A stretch of 49,236 nucleotides of DNA from Octopus bimaculoides (lineage: Eukaryota). Numbering within the stretch: the stretch's first letter is position 1; the number at the start of each line of letters is the position of its first letter. The translations under genes and the position numbers were made by a program. Positions 12,027 to 24,081 of this stretch are shown here, one piece after another. The stretch is from NCBI RefSeq assembly GCF_001194135.2, contig NC_068984.1, positions 21,722,795 through 21,772,030 of the forward strand, given 5' to 3'. The notes under the pieces are model-generated. The model was given only the letters and a program-made list of their open reading frames with translations, was not told where the DNA came from and did no database searches.

Positions 12027-12697
12027 ATAATAATAATCCTTTCTACTATAGGCATAAGGCCTGAAATTTGGGGTCGTTTACATCGACCCCAGTACTCAAC
12101 TGATACTTAATTTATTGACCCTGAAAGGATAAAAAGCAAAGTCGACCCCAGCGGAATTTGAACTCAAAACATAACGTCAGACGAAATACCGCCAAGCATT
12201 TCGCCCGGCGTGCTAACGATTCTGTCAGCTAACCACCTTAATAATAATAATTCTTTCTCCTAAAGACACAAGACCTGAAATTGTTTTGAAGAGGAGGTTG
12301 TCGACTATATCAATTCCAGTACGTAACTGGTACTTATTTCATCGACCCCGTAGGGATGAAGAGCAAAGTCTACCTCGGCAAAATTCGAACTCAGAACTTA
12401 AAGACGGACGAAGTACCGCTAAGTATTTCGCCCGACGTGCTAACGATTCTTATTTCTTTATTGCCCACAAGGGGCTAAACATAGAGGGAACAAACAAGGA
12501 CAGACAAATGGAGATCGATATAGTCGAGGCTAGTCGATTATATCGATCGCAGTATGTAACTGGTACTAAATTTATCGATCTCGAAAGGATGAAAAGCTAA
12601 GTCGACCTCGGTGGAATTTGAACTCAGAACGTAACGGCAGACGAAATACCGCTAAGCATTTCACCCGGCGTGCTAACAATTCTGCCAGCTCACCGCC

Positions 12698-12700
<3 letters not shown>
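12027..12700 (-). mobile_element. Head-to-tail array of three SINE family B copies (12038-12240, 12251-12450, B2-tail variant 12451-12700)
   Basis: Three repeats of ggat.aa....aaagtc.acc.c.gc.gaatt.gaactca; units separated or flanked by (AAT)n. Confidence 0.9.
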
Positions 12701-12763
<63 letters not shown>

Positions 12764-12778
12764 GTAATAATAATAATA

Positions 12779-12809
<31 letters not shown>

Positions 12810-12834
12810 TAGTAATAATAATAATAATAATAAT
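12701..12834. repeat. (AAT)n microsatellite with a few AGT interruptions
   Basis: Read directly. Confidence 0.98.
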
Positions 12835-13289
12835 CATCATCGAGAGGAAAGACAACGACCATAACGCTTTAGGGATTCCGAAAATGATGGAAGCGAGAGA
12901 GGAAGGTACTGGAGACCTGAATGCTTGCAACAAAATGAATAATTCTGCTAAAGGCATCGAAATTGTCAGGTAGTGGTGTTAAATCGGGCAACCGATTAAG
13001 TCTATCACCCATGTAGGCTCTGGTGGGAATTGAACGCAGAAAGTGAAGAGTCATAACAAATATTGCAAAGTACCTGATATTTTTGCAGTTCTGCCATCCA
13101 CCTCTCTGGATTAGTCCTTTTTTAATCGACCCCGAAAGAGTAAAATATATATTGACTGCGCCCGAATTTGAACTCAGACCACAGAAACTCAAGACAGATA
13201 CTGCGATAGCTTCTATCGGAAGCTCCAAAGACTTTGCTAATTTGCCATGAAGAATGAAGGAGATAATGTTTCGAGGTCTTACCATATGT

Positions 13290-13334
<45 letters not shown>

Positions 13335-13724
13335 TATGTTTATATATATTTATTAGTTTAGAGTTACGGTAAAGTAATTACGAAAAAGTTAAATTATTCC
13401 GATGTAACTTCTAATTGGTAATTAGTAGTTAAGTGAGTGTAAGCAAAATTTAATGGCTCTTAACATTAAACAGCCAAACTGAATAAGACTGGGTGATATA
13501 CTGTCTCTGGTAAGTCACCACCTTACAATCGCCGCTGCCACTACCACCATCACCACCACCAAATAGTATTAATTATATCTACTTACAAACTAAATCCAAC
13601 ATTTGCTATGATTGACTGAAGGGAAACTACTAAGGTAGATTAAAGTGGCAACCCCTACCCGAAACTTTGTTGACATTGTGCCAAAGTCAGAAATCATTAC
13701 TATCCGTAGTAGGAGCACGTATTA

Positions 13725-13935
13725 AAGCCCGTGACCTAGTGGTTAGGGTTTTATACTTACGATCTTGTGATCGTGGCTTCGAATCCCGGATCTGGCAGTG
13801 CGTTATGGTGTTTGAGTAAAATTTCACATTGTTCCATTCTACTCAGCAACTGATGGGAAGTTAACCCTGAAATGGACTAGCATCTCATTCAGGGGCAGGA
13901 AGTATTGTAATCTCAGTCACTTATAGGCCATGGTA
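13725..13935 (+). mobile_element. SINE family C copy
   Basis: A-box-like gacctagtggttaggg, B-box-like ggcttcgaatccc, CORE-like block, taaccctgaaatggactag tail. Confidence 0.7.
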
Positions 13936-14169
13936 GCCTTAAGAAGTACGTTAGTGGTTTGAAGGAATCGGTAGTGCAATCACATAAAATGCTTTTAAGT
14001 ATTTTGTTACTAGTTGCAAAGTGTTTATCGTACTTGGGCTCCTGGAATCTACCGGGATTTAGAAAATGGTTGCATATACTGAAAACTAGCGTTCACAGAT
14101 GAAAAGTGGTTGTGAAAGAAATTTTCTGCTCGCGTTTATAAAATTCTTCCTCGAGGGCCTAGTTATACC

Positions 14170-14330
14170 TTGTTAAGTTGTGTGTTCAAATCCTGTTGAG
14201 ATCGACTTTAAATTTAATTTTTGTGTCGGTGGGTCGATAAAATAAGTACCAGTAAAGTATTGAGGGTTGATTTAATCATTTTTACCTTCTCTAAAATATG
14301 TAGTCACGTGTCAGTCGAATGGAACATAAA
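14170..14330 (+). mobile_element. Degenerate SINE family B copy
   Basis: gttcaaatcc...gggtcgataaaataagtaccagt. Confidence 0.65.
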
Positions 14331-15954
14331 AGTAAATGTATCTTGATATATTGCTTCTGTTAATTTTTTTGTTGATTAGCGGTATCTATCACTGGGANNN
14401 NNNNNNNNNNNNNNNNNNNNNNNNNNNNNNNNNNNNNNNNNNNNNNNNNNNNNNNNNNNNNNNNNNNNNNNNNNNNNNNNNNNNNNNNNGTGGGGGTGGG
14501 GGTGGGGGTGGGTGGTCCCTACTTGAATGGAATATTCAGTTTTTTTTCACTCATTAACTCTACTCTGAGACTTAATGAATATTTTAGTGACGTAGGCAAT
14601 TCTGTCAGGCGCAAATTCCAACACTAACAATCGTTCTAATGTCACATGACTTATGTATATAAGGCTGTCTTAGAACAGCATAAGTCTCACACAATATTAT
14701 CCTATAGCTTATTATTGTTTTTTAGCCCGAGTTTCCCTGATTGAGTAATCCTACGATAAAAGGCATTCCAGCCACGACTATGCCATCATTTTATTTATCG
14801 GGAACGACCTTGTTCAATATATCATTCCTTTTTTTTTCTTTTATAACACAATAGGCTGTTATTTATAGCAGGTCGATTGACTCTGTAGAAGCTTTGCTTG
14901 TGTGATATGTTGCTCCTCAGAAGAATACAATACCCTTGTCATTTTTAACGATTGCAATCACGACTGACCTAAACTACAGCAAAAAGAATTAATAATTACT
15001 ATTACTTGCTATTCCAAATGTGGCTACTCCAACGAAGGAATCTGTAGAAATAGCATTCTAGCTTCAATGCCCCTACCACTCCTAATGATCAGAGCAATGA
15101 AATACTAGCTAGAAATAATAGTTTACTATCCCTCCGTATCGAGGTGCGCCGCAGAAGACATCACAGGTACACCGCGGTTTAAAAAAAAATATTATTTAAG
15201 GCTTTAGAAAATCCACACTAATACTTGAATATATTGGAAAAAACATGTTATCGAGAAATTTGTTATACACAAATAGGATTAATGTTACAAAGTAAACAAT
15301 AGTTTTTATATATTTAACAAAATACTTTAACTTTAAATTTTCCATACAAAGTGCACCGTAACTTTTCATTTGGTAAACAGAAAAGTATCCCACGGGAAAC
15401 TGTTGTCCTAGTTATACTACGTCTCAATGAAAGCTGAGGTGGTTACTGTTAGAACGCTCTTGAACAGAAGTTTGTTCGATCGGGGTTGATCTGGACTAGA
15501 CAATAGCGACACGACGAACCACTATGCGGATGGTTAGTAAGTTAGAAATAGATACCAAATTTCTCTTGAATTATACTATAACGTTTTTAAAAATGACGGG
15601 ATGGTCATGGCTGGAACATTTTTTATCATGGGTTTATTCAATCAAAACTGGTCTGTCAAGCAATAACAACGACAACGTGCCAATAGGGAATTTCTGTTCC
15701 TATCCAAGCAGAATCAATTTGTAATAAGCGCAACATGGTTCATGTACTGAACGTACTGTGTTGACCCGAATCAGTGATGAATGGTTCAGTGATAAACAAG
15801 GGTAGATGTATCGCAAGTTGTCAGTTAGTCCTTGAATGAATACTACATATATTATCTCTGACGCAAAAGCAGTGAACGAAAAGAATCGTAAAAGCCTGGA
15901 AAAAAAAGAAAAACCTTAAAACAAAACAACCCCCACCAAAAAAAAAACAAAAAA

Positions 15955-16135
15955 AACAATGCTTTGCGGTATTTCTTCTCACTCTTTAAGTTATGAGTTC
16001 AAATTCCACCGAAGTAAACTTTCTCGCTCATACTTCGGGATCGAAGAAATGAAGTACCAGTCAAATACTGGGGTCGTTGTTATTCATTACACCCCTACCA
16101 TCAAAATTGCTGGACTTGTGCCTAACACGAAACTA
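15955..16135 (+). mobile_element. SINE family B copy
   Basis: tgcttt gcggtatttc, B-box gagttcaaattccacc, gtaccagtcaaatactggggtcg, tail aaaattgctggacttgtgcc. Confidence 0.75.
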
Positions 16136-17229
16136 TTATCTCGGTTATACTTCATCGGAGCAATTTGTTTACGCTGCACTCTTTCGTTTATTGGTCTAAC
16201 GTCGTCTAATGTTGTTTTTAAAATGTAATTTGAATTCATTAAGAGAAGGTTATCTGGATGGAAGAAGCATTTAAAGATGGTTGTTTCTCTACATGATTGC
16301 AAGTCAGGGGTAAGTCAGTGGAAGAAAATTAGAATAATCGAGAATTAATAACGCCAAGAACACCTGTGGATTTAACTCGCTGAAGAACATTGCTGCTGTA
16401 GCGCCTGCTAATGACAGCGCGAACAATAACAGGGATAATAACAAGAATAATTACAAAAACAGCAGCAATAACAACAACACCAGCTGAACAAAAACAACAA
16501 CAGGTTAAAAGTATTTCTAATAGGATATTCACTCCAAAGACAATTGGCATCGCCATTATTGTTTTTACAACCTACTGATACTACTATTACTATTATTATT
16601 GCGAAGGAACCTATGCACGGTGGTTTGTCTTGCTAGAAATAGCAACGAAATCTCTGCCAAATTACATCCAACCGGCTTAAGTAAGAAAAACAAAAACAAA
16701 AACAAAAAAACAAAACAAAAATGCATACATGGTAGTGCTCCAGCAAAACCGCAGCAGCATGGCTGAAACGAGTAAAAGAGTAATATTGAACAATGTAGTT
16801 CCTGTTATGCAAACACGAGGAGGTTATTACCAGTTCGAATATCTTTGGAGCATATTCGAGCCTGTAAGAAAGCCATTCTCTGTGTTTTGTCACGGAGAAA
16901 ATTTCTCGTTGTAGACAAATGGTGTAAAGACACTAAAATGTTATACAGGATGGTTATAGAGGTAGCGACTTTACTCACAGGCAGTTCTGATCACGGTTGA
17001 TCTGGGGCTGATTACAACATCAACAACAACTAACAATTACTCTTGCTTGCTAGCCATTAATGTGGCTACTCCAACAAACGAGCCTGGAAAAGTGGCCAAA
17101 ATCTCATTCCTATCACACTGTGTCGTTTTCAAATCTAGTCCTAAATATACAAACATAAGATGGTCATAGCTTTTGATTGTAAATCTGCGTGATCATGGAA
17201 TGACTTTGAGCTTAAAAGAAGCAAACCAC

Positions 17230-17385
17230 TTATAATATTACTACTACTGCAACTGCAGCCGCTACCAGCACCACCACCTCCACTACTACTACTCTACTGC
17301 TAAAACTACTGTCGCTGCCGCCGCCACCACCACCACCATCGCCGCCACCGCCACCATTATTACTACTGCTGCTGCTACTATTATC
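17230..17385. repeat. Compound trinucleotide low-complexity tract (CTA/CAG/CAC/GCC)
   Basis: Read directly; explains the poly-S/G/V ORF 17230-17496. Confidence 0.9.
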
Positions 17386-18364
17386 ACGGTTAAAGCGATA
17401 TAGTGTAGATCTAGTTGTTAGGTTCAACTTTCTATGCGCTAAGCTGAAAATTGAAATGAATCGTGCTGGGAACAGGAGTGTATGGGTCCAAAGCAATGTT
17501 ATCGTGTTTGGATATTGCTTAACTCCTGGTCAGTTAAATGAAAAGCAAGTAGATATATGGGAAAACACAATACAATCTTTATGTATACTCAGAATAACAC
17601 TGTATCATGATATAAGGTAGAGTTGATTCTGGCAGGATTTAAACTCAGAACGTAAAAATATGTTTTAAAATACTGCAATGCATTTCGTTCAAACGCACGA
17701 CTATTTTTATACTTTATGTTTTTACAAATCCTCCAAACTTCCATTTACATCCTTTGACTCATTACCAAATTTTTTAGGCAAGAGGAATTGCACATTTTTG
17801 AAAAGTATGTGTTCATAAGATTCATCGTAACTACCAGTATCACTATCATAAATATATATATATGTATTCATATTTTCATAAATACATAAATATATTCACA
17901 CACATATATATATATAAACACCAATATATTCACACATACACACGCACACACATATATATATCATAAATTATCGTTACGAATTCATTTTGTAGTTCTAGAA
18001 CTTTCTTCTATAAATATTTTTATTTCCATTCTCTTTTCAGTTCCTGACTTTCGTTTTTGATTTGATTTTATTTTCCCTCTTTCAGAGTGCGTAATAAAAT
18101 GGCAGTAAAAACTAGAATAGTACGATGTTTGAATACAAGAATTGCTACAACAACCATTAGACGTCCGGCGTGTAAAGAATATAACCTTTTATTGAAGCAG
18201 CTCAGTTAATCAGATTCGACCTTTGCAATGCCGAAAATGGGTTTCGAAACGGAGATAAGCATAACTCGGACTGCTGATGGTGTGGTGTGCTGGGAAGAAC
18301 ATTTTGTAGTTTTTGGTGTGTAAAGGTGAGCCCAAGGGTAAACACATTCAAAACATATATGTGT

Positions 18365-18449
<85 letters not shown>

Positions 18450-18572
18450 TACACACAAACACATATATACACCTTATAATTTTAAGCAAGCACATATGCA
18501 GACATGCGCTCACAAATTCTCAGATATTCTTCCACACGGGCGATGCTAGTTTCATTTCTACCCGTTTTTTTT

Positions 18573-18803
18573 TTAACCCTTTAGCTTTCAGATTCTCCTG
18601 TCAGTTGTAATGCTTATCTATTCCCATTGTTTTGAATTAATATGCGTCATTTCATAACTTCGGGATTTCATTGATGTGATGATTTATTTTTCAGAATGAC
18701 ATTGCTAAGGAGGTGCGAAAGGCCGGATCTAGCTAATTTGAACGTAAAACAAAATGTAGAATATTTGGGTCTGATATGGCTGGTTTAAATGCCAAAGAGC
18801 TAA
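18573..18803. mobile_element. TTAA-bounded MITE (piggyBac-like ends), about 230 bp
   Basis: Left end ttaaccctttagctttc; right end aaatgccaaagagctaa (reverse complement ttagctctttggcattt, 12/17 match). Confidence 0.5.
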
Positions 18804-20780
18804 ATATAATTCATTTTATGTATAATCCTATTCGTATAAATTAGCTCTAATCATACACACACACACGCACGTACGCGCGCGTGCACCCACACACACAGAG
18901 TAGTCTCTCTGTCGGGAACTACATATGGGAGTCCACTTACTCCAGCAACTCAACCAACTTTTCATTAAAAGAAGTTAAAACGTGGCTGAGTATTCCACAG
19001 ACAGGTGTACCCTTAACGTAATTCTCAAGTAGAATGAGACAATGATACAGCATGACAAGAGTAGCCCTTTGAATTACAATCTCCGTCTTCTCAATTTCAC
19101 TCACAGGGACCGAGTTGATTCGAGGCAATGGCATAATTTATTTCACTGGCTCATTATTCAAATACCGCGGTGTGCTCGGTGTTTCACCACTATAGAGCCC
19201 GTTAGATACATATCAGTTGTTATTATTGTTGGTAGTGTATAACCGCAAGTAAAAACTGACAGAGGAGGTCTATGATTATCAACCTTACACCTGTCATCAC
19301 TTCTATCTTTATTCAGACATAGTGTAGTACACCAGCAACTTTCCATTAGGTAAACGGAAATATTCCATGGAGGATGAGATGGTCACTGTTGGAAGGCTCT
19401 TGAATAGACTTCTTGAACAGAAGTCTACTTGATCAGGGTTGATCTGGGTTAGACGACAACAATAACATCAACAACAACGACGAGCCAATAATGGGATTTG
19501 TACGTGGTTGATCATCCTGCTAGAAATAGCAGCTAAATCCCTTACAGTTACCATATTAGCAAGTAAATACTGATAGAGCTGGGCCATGATTAACAACCTT
19601 CCAGCTGAGATCACGCCACCTTTAGTCAGATATAATGCATCTAAAGTAACATTGTGTGATATACTGATGGCATGTATTTGACATTTAAACCTAATGGAGA
19701 CTATCTATCTTCAGACATAACCACTATGTACTTGCTCGGTCTACTAAGAGCATCTAGCAGCTACCAAGCAAATTACACTACATCGTTGTTTCAATAATAA
19801 GGTAATAATAATGCAATTAAAATATGGTGAATTTGGAGAGTCATTGGAGCGCCGGCTACAGATCCTTGCGTTATTAGTTCAGGTTGTGGGTACTCTTAAA
19901 TTCAAAACTCGTCGAAGTAAAATTTACCTTCCACGCTTTGTGGTTCGTTAAATAAGGTTCCGGTCCAAGAGCAGTAGTACTAGGGTTGATGAATCTTTTC
20001 TGTCACTCAGAATCGTTTTTTTTCTGGTCAAATCTCCACCCAACGACGGGATACGAGCGACAGGTGAAGTGAATTATCAGTTGAAATACATTGTTACCGC
20101 ATCAATGAAATTAGCTAAACTTGTTCCAGTTTCGGTAGTTTAAATTTTGTTCGTATAAATCTCAGGATCGATAAAGCTAGGTACAATATGATTTGATTGA
20201 CTACGCTGCCGCCTCCATAATGATTGTTCAAATATAGGTAATCAATGTTTATCAAGGCTTGTTTGTAACTATAACTGAATAAAACATTACAATCTAATTT
20301 TGTCATTAGGTTTACTAGAGAGGGAAATTGTATAATGTAATATTGAAGCTTTCCTCACAATAGCATCAATAATAACGTATATAGAAAGCTTAAATTATTC
20401 CAACAACAAACAGTAGACAAATCTCCCTAAAAAAATGTTGCTGTATATACATGAAAAGAAAAATAAGCAATAACAAATAACACATGACAGGATTGGACAC
20501 GATTGGAACGCCTTTGATCAGGGCTAACTTGGGCATGAACAATAGCGGCAACAGCATGCCCTCTTTTGATTTTGCACAACTGTTTAATGTTTTAAGAAGG
20601 GAAAAATGACATATTGTGTCGCTTATGTAATTAAGCATTGTTAGACAATGGCTTCTATTGAGAATTGAAAATTGATGGAAGATTTGTGGGATTTTTATGG
20701 TTGCATTTGCCTTCATTAGCAGCGTTCCGCTACAACTAAATAGAACAATGCTACACACACACACACGCACACACACACAC

Positions 20781-20915
20781 GTGAAGGCGCGAAATCTTAT
20801 AGTTAAGGTGTGGCACTCACGATCGTAAGATCGTGGTTTCGATTTCCTGACCAGCTGTGCGCTGTGTTCTTGAGCAAAACACATCATTTCACGTTGCACC
20901 AATCCACTCAGGAGG
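20781..20915 (+). mobile_element. SINE family C 5' part
   Basis: gatcgtggtttcgatttcc B-box; gtgttcttgagcaaaacacatcatttcacgttgcaccaatccactcag. Confidence 0.8.
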
Positions 20916-21359
20916 AGTGGTGTCCTGTACGCTGGCATTATTCCAAAGCTATGACAATGCGCTTTCGTGCATTTTGTGACCATCGGAATGTAACAACATC
21001 CGCTGATCATTTCAGTGACACAAACATATATGCATGAATATGCATGAATACACACACAGATGGAGAGGAGCGTGTGTGTGTGTGAGAGCTGTGGAAAGAA
21101 AAAGCAAAATATAATATAACTTCAACAACAACAGAAGTAATGCAATTATTTATCATAATGTGTTTAAATCCATCAGGTTTAAAAGTGTGTAAAGTTATCA
21201 GTAACCAATAGACATAAGATGTGTTTGTAAAACAGGCTATGTCAGTGTATGTATATAAATGCGTGTTCCTGTCACTTGTGCAAAGTTATGTGTGTCTATA
21301 TTAATGTATACATAGTCAAGAGAGGAGACAGTAACCATTACAAAAGTTCCGAGAATGAT

Positions 21360-21364
<5 letters not shown>

Positions 21365-21441
<77 letters not shown>

Positions 21442-21514
21442 AAGAGAGAGAGAAAGAGAATGAGAGAGAGAGAGAATGAGAGAGAGAGAGAATGAGAGAG
21501 AGAGAGAGAGAGAG
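21365..21514. repeat. (GA)n microsatellite
   Basis: Read directly. Similar GA/TC tracts at 8748-8794, 13292-13332, 22437-22486, 28780-28842. Confidence 0.98.
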
Positions 21515-22432
21515 AAGACGGAAGGCATTCTCGAAACAGAAATATGGCAAGAATGATTCCTAAAGGGTAGACCCCGCTAAAGATACTTGAGTACAGACGG
21601 TGGTGGTAAGATGAGAAACCAGGGTGCAGATTTGGTCTTATATGAATAACGACTTGTATGTATTTTCTATCTGATACGTTTTTGCATTACTTGTTTACTG
21701 TCTGGTAGTTGTGCGAGGTAGTGTTGTTATTGAGATTATTTAAGCCATTATCAACTGTACGTACGACCCAATGGATTCCAGTTGTTCCTTTTAGCAGTAT
21801 GTAAAATTATATTATGTAGTAACATGACCTGCTTGTCATTATATAAGACGAAAGGGTGTAACGCAAGAGAGACTTGGTAAATATTTCTAGCAGGTCAAGA
21901 TACTGCCACAGGCTGTGTAGAATGAGAGTAAGTTCTTGTTAACCCAAGTCTAATATAAGGGTTCAATTCCCAGGTTATTTTCATTTGACTGATGTCTCCA
22001 AACTACAATTTCTCGTCATTGTGAAGAACCCAGGGTAAGACCAACATACGATATGGAATTAAATTCTTCACAAATAACTGATTTTATTTTTCAGTTAGCA
22101 AGGAAAGTAGTGCTTTTGACCTTTTATAGGGATTTCGAGACAGATAGGAGTTAGGTATTCTTAAACATTAGGAATATGGTCTGAATACTGACAACACCGC
22201 TAAATGCACTCAAAATATCAAGTGTTGGTGTTAAAACTCGTTGTTGGATTATGTCTACCGTCCAAGTAAGCCATTGCAGGATTTGAATTCACAAGCAGAG
22301 CGAGTACTGCAAAGCATGCGGTCCGACATTGTTACAGTTCCACCCATTAACCCATTTACCATCTAAGATTCGTAGATTTTTTTTCAACGAGCCCGGAAAA
22401 ATTATTGGCAAAATTGCCCGTGGCAGGATTTG

Positions 22433-22486
<54 letters not shown>

Positions 22487-22585
22487 AAAGCATTTTGTCT
22501 GATGTTCTACCAGTTCGACGTTTACGATCCGCTAAACGAGTAAACGTCAGCCATCACCATTTACAGTATATCTTTTTCTCTCTCC

Positions 22586-22586
<1 letters not shown>

Positions 22587-22677
<91 letters not shown>

Positions 22678-22687
22678 TTGTGTGTGT

Positions 22688-22718
<31 letters not shown>

Positions 22719-22720
22719 CG
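22587..22720. repeat. (TG)n microsatellite
   Basis: Read directly. Further CA/TG tracts at 604-666, 2411-2490, 29255-29325, 35585-35635, 46380-46418; TA tracts at 3565-3597, 10425-10505, 18367-18446, 35680-35740. Confidence 0.98.
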
Positions 22721-22849
22721 TGTTTTCAGCATGCACAATTGATCATGTATGAAATATATATATAAATATACCTAATCATGTCACACTTCGCCGGTCAGAG
22801 TCTATAAAGCCTAAGGTCATTGCTTTTGGGTCCTTCATCAGTTTCTATT

Positions 22850-23150
22850 ATGAGCGTTCAGTTGCAGGATACACTGAACAACTAACTCGTCAAGTTAACG
22901 TATAAGTGGCTGAGTATACCAGAAACACGTGTTCCTTAAAATTATTCCCAAACCATTTCAGCGTGGCACAATGTGCGGCACAGACGGACCATTGAGTCCG
23001 GGATGCGATCTATTCGGCGGGTTTCATAAAGTCTCCGTCTAACCAATTTAACTAACAAGGTTTGGTCAGTTCGCGGCTTCTCTGAATGCAATGCAGCGGG
23101 ATCGAACCGGGGACTTCAATATTACAGAGCTAACATCCTAATTGCTCACA
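22850..23150 (-). mobile_element. Composite SINE remnant: family A-type head (22990-23150) plus the tail also seen at 40810-40900
   Basis: gggatcgaacc (reverse B-box), actaacaaggtttggtc; 22880-22975 is the reverse complement of the 40810-40900 tail. Confidence 0.6.
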
Positions 23151-23228
23151 TATCCACTCGTCCATTAAAGTCATTGTTTCTCATCCCCTGATTAACTTAT
23201 AGAAACAATAATTGCATGTGACATATAT

Positions 23229-23450
23229 GTTTGTTGTTATTGATGTTGTTTAACCTAAGTTAGCCCTCATCAAGCAGACCAATAACCAAAGGAATTCCCG
23301 CCATGCCCATCCTATGTTTCAGGAGTATTCTGCTCCTCACTACGTAAAACAATGTGCTCATTCTTTAAGAAGGCAGTATATTTTACACGAGGAGGAATTT
23401 GTCTGCTATTTCTCGCAGATCTATGACCACGTGCAAGCTCTTCCATTGGC
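23229..23450 (-). mobile_element. Full-length family D unit
   Basis: Sense: gccaatggaagagcttgcacgtggtc...agaaatagcagacaaatt...ggatgggcatggcgggaattcctttgg...gagggctaacttaggttaaacaacatcaataacaac; collinear with 44548-44855. Confidence 0.75.
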
Positions 23451-23821
23451 ACGTATATTTATGTGTTTGTGAAGTATGCTCATAGTTGATTCAGCACCGA
23501 CTTATTTGCCATGAGACGGTTTAATGTTTCTCTCGTTGTTTCCTGCTCTCTCCCCCTCTCTGTTTAGTTGTGAATATATTTCTCTTTATACATATGAGGG
23601 AAGAGACAGTGTTTATGTCAATCTTGTTCAGTTATTAAATTATTGGATAAATTGAGATGTCTCTCACTCCCTTTCATTCACTTTATTTGCTTGCGTACAT
23701 TTCTGCGCTCACGTATTTGCCACCAGTGCCAAAAATATTGTCGTCAAAACAGTTGAATGTTCAGTCAGCTACGCCAGATCATTCGCTTCCAAACAATTGT
23801 GCCCAATCGTCTCATTCCAGG

Positions 23822-23859
<38 letters not shown>

Positions 23860-24025
23860 NNNNNNNNNNNNNNNNNNNNNNNNNNNNNNNNNNNNNNNNN
23901 NNNNNNNNNNNNNNNNNNNNNNNNNNNNNNNNNNNNNNNNNNNNNNNNNNNNNNNNNNNNNNNNNNNNNNNNNNNNNNNNNNNNNNNNNNNNNNNNNNNN
24001 NNNNNNNNNNNNNNNNNNNNNNNNN

Positions 24026-24081
<56 letters not shown>

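Larger units (their letters stand above)
14700..20560 (+). repeat. Cluster of fragments of family D (headless, about 210-bp, (AAC)n-tailed retroposon)
   Basis: Recurring ggatggtca..gctggaa...ttgatc...gg.tgatctgg..ctaaacaacaac and ctgctagaaatagcagc.aaatc at about 15005, 15435, 15598, 16630, 16945-17130, 19372-19545, 20485 (plus) and 14700-14900 (minus). Confidence 0.7.

Noticed and set aside
12670-12957. Poly-Asn and poly-Ile ORFs
   Set aside because: Translation of an (AAT)n microsatellite.
13474-13509. 36-nt plus-strand segment with good splice sites (aaacag| ... CTG|gtaagt)
   Set aside because: Stops in all three frames; nothing else supports a non-coding exon.
16749-16756. Minus-strand Cys-Cys-Gly as a tetraspanin EC2 exon
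   Set aside because: Falls within a degenerate SINE A tail (gtgctccagca...ctgaaacgagtaaaagagtaa).
20390-21055. 221-aa minus-strand ORF
   Set aside because: Built from an antisense SINE C, a CA repeat and a family D fragment; no protein motif.
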